64,000 nt of DNA from a virus. How positions within the stretch are numbered: the first letter of the stretch is position 1; each line of letters starts with the position of its first letter. The stretch is taken from positions 1 through 64,000 of the IMG/VR virus record IMGVR_UViG_3300035696_000017; one strand, 5' to 3'. The translations under genes and the position numbers were made by a program. The notes beneath the pieces were generated by a model. It was not told where the DNA came from. It was given only the letters and a program-made list of their open reading frames with translations, and did no database searches. Positions 57,968 to 64,000 of this stretch are shown piece after piece.

Positions 57968-58098
57968 TGCTTAACGAAACAAGGCCGGCACCCACGGGTT
58001 AGTCCCAGTCGACCACGATTCAAGGTCACTGGGGCATCGCTCGGTCCGGCCAGGTTACCAGAGGGAATGCGGGTCCCTCGTTCACCTTCATTCAAGCA
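57968..58098 (-). ncRNA. Candidate structured RNA containing a GAA/GGUA loop-E-like module
   Basis: TGCTTGA/TTAAGCA outer stem; AGGT-GAA-C-GAGGG..CCCTC-T-GGTA-ACCT; GGCCGG/CCGGCC; CCCAGT/ACTGGG. Confidence 0.45.
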
Positions 58099-58133
58099 TT
58101 GGTGTCCCCCATCGCCGCTGGGGACGTCACACT

Positions 58134-58589
58134 TCAAGTGTTGGGGGCCTGTGCGGTGGGCTTCGCCCTCTTCCCGAACTTCTCGCCTGCGCTCTCGAAG
58201 TTGGCGATCAGCGGCGCGATGTACGCATTCCAGACCTGGTCGAACACGAGCTGCTTGCGAGCGTTGAGCTCCTGACGGCTCGGGGTCTTCTTACCAACAC
58301 CCAGACGGGTCTTGGCAAGCAACTCCTTGGCGTCAGCGCGCTTTCCTTTCGGGCTTCCCACCTCCTTCTTCATTGCTTTGCGCCACATCTTCCTGAACTT
58401 TCGTTTCAGTTGACGTTGCTCGTCGGGCGACAGCTGCTTGAGGGCGCGCTCCATGTCGAGCGTAGTGCTCTCCATCGGCAGGATCCCGAGCTCGAACATG
58501 ACGGCGTGGATGAACGCTCGGTCAACGTCTCTCAGGTTCTTCCTAGGCTTCACTGTCGGTGCCACCGAGCGGTCCTCCGTGTCCATCAA
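58134..58589 (-). CDS. Basic hypothetical protein
   Basis: 151 aa, K/R-rich. Confidence 0.55.
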   Translation of the reverse strand: MMDTEDRSVAPTVKPRKNLRDVDRAFIHAVMFELGILPMESTTLDMERALKQLSPDEQRQLKRKFRKMWRKAMKKEVGSPKGKRADAKELLAKTRLGVGKKTPSRQELNARKQLVFDQVWNAYIAPLIANFESAGEKFGKRAKPTAQAPNT

Positions 58590-59106
58590 CCTGCAACGCC
58601 CACTTCATGTACGTCTTGATGTACGTAGCACGGGCGCGGTCAAAAAGCTTCTTGTCGATCCTGATGCCGAGGCGTCCTGCGAGCTTCCGTCCCCTGTCCC
58701 ACGCTTCGAACTCTTCATCAACAACGTCGATGCGGTGAACCAGGGTCTTCTTCTCGTTGGGCTCGTCAGCATTGTACCCCATGCCGTAGCGTTGGTCCTT
58801 CTCACGTTCCCCGATGAGGATATGTCCACACTCGTGTGCCAGGTTGTAGACTTGGTTCTCTGGGGAGAGGTGACAGTTGATCAGGATCGACTTTTCTTCG
58901 GAATCGACTTCACCTCCGACCGCTGTCTTCCCAAACCTGACGCTGTAGCCCTGGGCCTTGGCCCACTCAACGAACGCAGCGATGCCGTTGATGAACCTGA
59001 GGTCCCGCTTGTAGCGCCGGTTGGCCTCGGTGCGACGGGCGCGAGGAGCCCTGCGGAGCCTCTCCGCCGCCCGAGACTTCCAGACCTCCAGCGCAAACTC
59101 CGCCAC
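58543..59106 (-). CDS. ImmA/IrrE-like metallopeptidase
   Basis: LAHECGHILI..EEFEAW. Confidence 0.6.
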   Translation of the reverse strand: MAEFALEVWKSRAAERLRRAPRARRTEANRRYKRDLRFINGIAAFVEWAKAQGYSVRFGKTAVGGEVDSEEKSILINCHLSPENQVYNLAHECGHILIGEREKDQRYGMGYNADEPNEKKTLVHRIDVVDEEFEAWDRGRKLAGRLGIRIDKKLFDRARATYIKTYMKWALQVDGHGGPLGGTDSEA

Positions 59107-59126
59107 AACCCTTAGGTATCGTTCGA

Positions 59127-60338
59127 CTACTTGGCCCCCTTGGCCCCTTTCGCCGAGCCTTTGAAGATGCCTGGGATGTTCGGGATGATCCCGATCCCTG
59201 CTTCACCCATGGGCACGCCGAAGACGTTGAGGATGTCCTTGGCGCAGTGCTTGTGGATGCTCTTCGCGAGGCCGATCTTGTCGATACCGTGACTCGTCAT
59301 CTTCGACCACAGCGTGATCCGGTGCTCTTCGCCGAGCTCGGTCATGATGGCCGCGATGTTCTTGCCCTGCTGGTCCGTCAGGTTGGTGGTGACGTTCTTG
59401 GTGACGTAGTCCGCCAGCTTCTCGATGAGGCCGTTCCGTCGTTCGTGCGACTGGCGGTCGAACTTCCCGCGGATCGCTGCGGTGTGGAACTTGTTGAGCA
59501 TCTCCTCGCCGGTGATCTGGTTGTCCACTGTCTTGCAGTAGGCGTGGAACGCCGAGGCACACTCGTTGCCGACGAAGCCGCGGCACACGTCCCAGAAGAG
59601 CGGGTCGGCCGGGTTCTCGATGAGGCCGGAGTAGACCAGTGCCTCGTTGACGAACTCCCACCCACGCGGGGTCGGGTGCTGGGTGCCGGTCTCGGCGTTG
59701 GACGGGGGCAGCAGCCACTTCTCGTTCGCCTCGACGAAGTCCGGGATGAAGTAGTGGAGGTTGCCTCCCTGCTCGGGGTCAGTGTCACGGGCCCAGGCGA
59801 CGAACTCCTTGACGCTGGGGTGCAGGTCCACGACGAAGAAGCGGGACAGCAGCGCCGGGTCCATCTCGTTGACCTGGTACTGCGCGCCGGTGTTGATCGC
59901 GGTGTAGACCCGGGAGAGCGGGTGCATCTTGTTGAGGTCGAGCTCGTGGTCCAGAGCGATCTGGAACGCCGCCTGCATGACCTCGGGCGTCGCGCGGTTC
60001 AGCTCGTCCAGGAAGAGGCAGCACGGCTCGTCGCAGGCCATGCGGTACCAGTTGGGCGGGTTGAAGCGGGTCACCCGTCCGTCGGTGCTGGGGAGGCCGA
60101 TGACGTCGCCCTCGCTGCGCTGACCGAGCCGGATGTCGATGACCGGGTACCCGTTGACCGGGTCCTTGATCGCCTTCTTCTCGAAGAGTTGCTTCCTGAT
60201 CTTGGCACTGATCTGCCTGACCACCTTGCTCTTCCCGACGCCGTGACCCGCTCTGAGCAGGACTGACCGGCTCGGCGGGAGACACAGTGCGACCTTCTTC
60301 AGGGTCGCGATGGACATCGATGTCTCGGTCGCAGCCAT
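59127..60338 (-). CDS. MoxR-like AAA+ ATPase
   Basis: Walker A GHGVGKS, Walker B LFLDELNR, MDPALLSRF, PTPRGW. Confidence 0.9.
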   Translation of the reverse strand: MAATETSMSIATLKKVALCLPPSRSVLLRAGHGVGKSKVVRQISAKIRKQLFEKKAIKDPVNGYPVIDIRLGQRSEGDVIGLPSTDGRVTRFNPPNWYRMACDEPCCLFLDELNRATPEVMQAAFQIALDHELDLNKMHPLSRVYTAINTGAQYQVNEMDPALLSRFFVVDLHPSVKEFVAWARDTDPEQGGNLHYFIPDFVEANEKWLLPPSNAETGTQHPTPRGWEFVNEALVYSGLIENPADPLFWDVCRGFVGNECASAFHAYCKTVDNQITGEEMLNKFHTAAIRGKFDRQSHERRNGLIEKLADYVTKNVTTNLTDQQGKNIAAIMTELGEEHRITLWSKMTSHGIDKIGLAKSIHKHCAKDILNVFGVPMGEAGIGIIPNIPGIFKGSAKGAKGAK

Positions 60339-60419
60339 TCCTTGACTCCTCGTCAGTGGATGATTCCACCTTACCACGGAGGACCCGTGGTTTGCACTGT
60401 GGCTAAGACAAGAGTGAAG

Positions 60420-60827
60420 TCAGACGAGGCGCTTGCGCACCGAAGTCACAAGGCGAGGAAACTCGTCAGCGAGTTCCTCATATACGCGCCACTGCTGGCC
60501 CATCAGCCGGAAGCACCGGTAGTAGGACAGCCGGCCCACGCTCTCGACGAACTCACGGACGCCGTTGAAGTGTGCGGGCATCACGCTGTCGATGAACAGC
60601 ACCCAGTCGCCGATGCGTTGGAAGCCGACGAAGTCGCCGCGTTCGTTGGCGTCCAAGTACGCCAGCAGCACAGACTGGTTCGACAGGTCTTCGCCGTCCC
60701 ACTTACGCTTGCCCAACACTCCCACAACGTAGGCGACTGCCTCCGGGCTGGCGGGGATGCCCGTCAGCCTCTCAGCGAAGTGGTCACTGATTCCAGTCTT
60801 GGCGGCGGGGACGATCAGACCCATCAT
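60420..60827 (-). CDS. Conserved hypothetical protein
   Basis: FQRIGDWVLF..YEELADEF. Confidence 0.55.
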   Translation of the reverse strand: MMGLIVPAAKTGISDHFAERLTGIPASPEAVAYVVGVLGKRKWDGEDLSNQSVLLAYLDANERGDFVGFQRIGDWVLFIDSVMPAHFNGVREFVESVGRLSYYRCFRLMGQQWRVYEELADEFPRLVTSVRKRLV

Positions 60828-60833
60828 GGGTAA

Positions 60834-61271
60834 CTAGTCCTGCTTTGGGGGTTGAACCTTGTCTCGCTTCTGAAGCTTTTTCGATGGGCGGACCGTGTCC
60901 TCCTGCTCAGGTTCAGGAGACAAGAAAGGGTGGTCGGTCAGCACCAAGACACCGGGCTGCTCGACGGGTGCATCGGGATCGATCTGGTGGCCTGTGTGCT
61001 CGTCGATGACGGGAGGGGGCTCCAGCACCACGACGCCCTCCTGTGGGCTGTTCACTGGAGTGGGCCAGGCAGCCTTGAACTCCTCCTCGGTGGGCGGGAC
61101 GACCCCGATCCGGTCACACCAGGTCACCAACGCTTGGTGGGTGCTGATGCCCCGGTCGAGCAACATCTGCTTCAGTGTCGTCTTGCGGCGACGCAGCAAG
61201 TCGCTGAGCTTGAGCCGGGGCTGGTGCTTGGGCACGTACCGGCCGGGGACGCCTCGTCCGTCACGGTTCAT
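60834..61271 (-). CDS. Hypothetical protein (leaderless)
   Basis: TATAGT-6-ATG; MNRDGRG... Confidence 0.5.
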   Translation of the reverse strand: MNRDGRGVPGRYVPKHQPRLKLSDLLRRRKTTLKQMLLDRGISTHQALVTWCDRIGVVPPTEEEFKAAWPTPVNSPQEGVVVLEPPPVIDEHTGHQIDPDAPVEQPGVLVLTDHPFLSPEPEQEDTVRPSKKLQKRDKVQPPKQD

Positions 61272-61582
61272 GCTGATACTATACCCCTCCGAGCGCGCCT
61301 CTCCGCCTCGACGACGTGGAGAAGGTCGGCAATGCCGTGCTGGAACTGCGGCGACTTGGCGATCTCGTCGATCCGCTGCTCGCTGAGATCCAGCTGCCAC
61401 TCGTCGGCCAGAGCCTTGACGAACTTCCTCATCACCCGCAGCACATAGTTGCGAGCAGACGAGTGGTTCATGCTGAACCCGAGCTCGGTCATCATGTCCG
61501 CGATCTCGCGGTAGTTGTCGCCTTCATCACCAGCGACTGTGGCGTATCCCCTGTCGACCGTCATTCCCCTGCGTAGTGCCAT
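61268..61582 (-). CDS. Small HTH-like protein
   Basis: NYREIADMMTELGFSMNHSSARNYVLR. Confidence 0.55.
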   Translation of the reverse strand: MALRRGMTVDRGYATVAGDEGDNYREIADMMTELGFSMNHSSARNYVLRVMRKFVKALADEWQLDLSEQRIDEIAKSPQFQHGIADLLHVVEAERRARRGIVSA

Positions 61583-61587
61583 GTGCC

Positions 61588-62007
61588 TCAGTCCTTCTTG
61601 GTTGTGTCATCAGGCTTCGGCATCTTCACCGGGAGCTGGACGACCTTTGCTGGTTCTTGCTTCGGTCTTGTGGGTGTGGGCTGCCGAGGTGTCGAGTACG
61701 GCCTCGTCCTGGGCGGGACCGCCCTTAGCGGTGGTACCACGCGGGGCCCGTCAGGTTCACCGGGCGAGGGCACGTGTTCAACTTGTCGTCGGCTGATGAT
61801 TGGCGCGTAACGTTGTGTCTGGAACGCTTGGAGGCGACCGACGAGGTCGTGCTCAGCAGGCGTCGGTTCGTCCCCGACACGTGTGGGTGCCGACGACGAG
61901 GGAAGCTTTCCCCCGCCCGGGCTGCGCACCAGCCTCACCGCCCATGCTCCGGAAACGAGCAGGCCGCTGATGCCGCCGCAGTACAGGAGGAAGTCCAGTG
62001 CCTGCAT
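61588..62007 (-). CDS. Membrane-anchored Pro-rich protein
   Basis: N-terminal TM segment. Confidence 0.45.
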   Translation of the reverse strand: MQALDFLLYCGGISGLLVSGAWAVRLVRSPGGGKLPSSSAPTRVGDEPTPAEHDLVGRLQAFQTQRYAPIISRRQVEHVPSPGEPDGPRVVPPLRAVPPRTRPYSTPRQPTPTRPKQEPAKVVQLPVKMPKPDDTTKKD

Positions 62008-62300
62008 CAGCTCGGGAGCTTCTCGAACCTCGACTTGGCGCAGTCGGCGTTGAAGATCTTCATGTAGCGGTTGTGCTTGATCTTGGCGTGGATGAGTCCA
62101 CCCAGGATAGACAAGCCGATGGCACCGCTCATGACGGCGATGGTGATCCCGAAGAGGCTGAAGCTACCTGCGAACATCTTCCTTCTCCTTCTTGGCTTTG
62201 ACGCTGTCGATGACCTTCAGCGTCGTCTTCCAGCCGACGTAGGTGCCAGCCGCGAACGCAACCCCGGCGACCATCCCGCCGCCGATGAGAACCCACTTGA

Positions 62301-63163
<863 letters not shown>

Positions 63164-63173
<10 letters not shown>

Positions 63174-63589
63174 CTCGGGCGGCCGCCAGTGGCCGCGTAA
63201 ACGAACGCGCTGTTGTCGAAGTCACCGGGCGGCAGCCTTGCTTCGAGATCATCGAAGGCTTTCTGCTCGCTCCGTACGAACTCAGAGTGGTTTTCACGGC
63301 GTGCGCGGCGCATCTGCTGCTCACGACGAACGTAGGCGATCTCCTCTTCCCAGGGCCGTGTTTCCACACGGGCCTCGAACGCCTTGTTGCGGTCCTCATC
63401 GAGGGCACGGAGGCGGACGATGAGGTCCGCGTCGTCAAGGGTCCCCAAGACGTCGCAGGAAACGACCTCGGGCAGGGGCACGACCTGGCGGCGGTTGGGA
63501 CGGGAAGGAAGGGAAGGAGTCGACTCTGAACGCTTCCGGGTCTTCTGCACGTAGTCCTCGTCTGGTTGGGGCCCGTCAGGGCGCTTCAC
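63164..63589 (-). CDS. Hypothetical protein upstream of sigma
   Basis: 141 aa; [12 protein letters not shown]. Confidence 0.55.
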
Positions 63590-63655
63590 CGATGACAGTC
63601 ACTCCTGCGTCGCCATGAGGAAACTCAGGAGTGAAGGTAGTTGTGTTGACTGTAA

Positions 63656-64000
63656 TCACTGCGGGGAGTCTTGTACAGGCGGAACTACCTCTTGTAGAAC
63701 GTCGAGGACTCTACGCCACATCACCTGGTGCACCCGTCGGCCGAAGACGAGGTCTTCCTCGTCCATCTCGTCTAGGGTCTTGCTGTTCAACTTCGACCAC
63801 ATGTAGACCAGCTCGAACGGGGACATCACCTGGACGCGGTTGGCGACGCTGCCCGGGCTGCCGTGCTGTGACATCAGGTCGGGCCTGACGTGCTCCAGGA
63901 AGGTGCTGAAGCCCGGGTCGAGCTCGTTGAACCGCTCGACCAGCGCCGCGTACGCTTCCTTGTGGGCCGGGTCTGGGCTGTCGCCCTGGACCAAGAAGTC
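63656..64000 (-). CDS. Hypothetical protein (5' truncated by the window edge)
   Basis: Frame stays open to the window end. Confidence 0.45.
   Translation of the reverse strand, partial: DFLVQGDSPDPAHKEAYAALVERFNELDPGFSTFLEHVRPDLMSQHGSPGSVANRVQVMSPFELVYMWSKLNSKTLDEMDEEDLVFGRRVHQVMWRRVLDVLQEVVPPVQDSPQ

Overview
Segment of a GC-rich jumbo/huge phage genome. The host is probably Myxococcota (inferred from Polyangiales-style lipoproteins, OmpA and FGE-sulfatase cargo). 1-22.3 kb (+): virion/tail module with large baseplate/tail proteins, a 2216-aa fibre and three tandem paralogues. 22.3-64 kb (almost all -): dense small genes interleaved with about 37 tRNA/tRNA-like genes and an RNase P RNA. This part also has three RNA ligases, DNA ligase, Pth2, NADAR, an MNT nucleotidyltransferase, a MoxR-AAA/VWA pair and a sigma70-family factor. 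Main observations: (1) a domain-1-less RF1-type (PxT, GGQ) release factor split by a prfB-style SD-CUU-UGA +1 frameshift at a non-canonical position; (2) four small RNAs, each fused to a tRNA 3' end and clamped by a covarying loop-E/sarcin-ricin-like AGUA/GAA stem, three of which enclose acceptor-less tRNA bodies; (3) many non-canonical tRNAs (seven with C33, a D-arm-less Arg-UCU); (4) a ~313-nt structured ncRNA; (5) about 20 GTGHAA-N17/18-TANNNT promoters that mostly give leaderless mRNAs. All calls were made by eye without database searches, and many small hypothetical ORFs are not listed.
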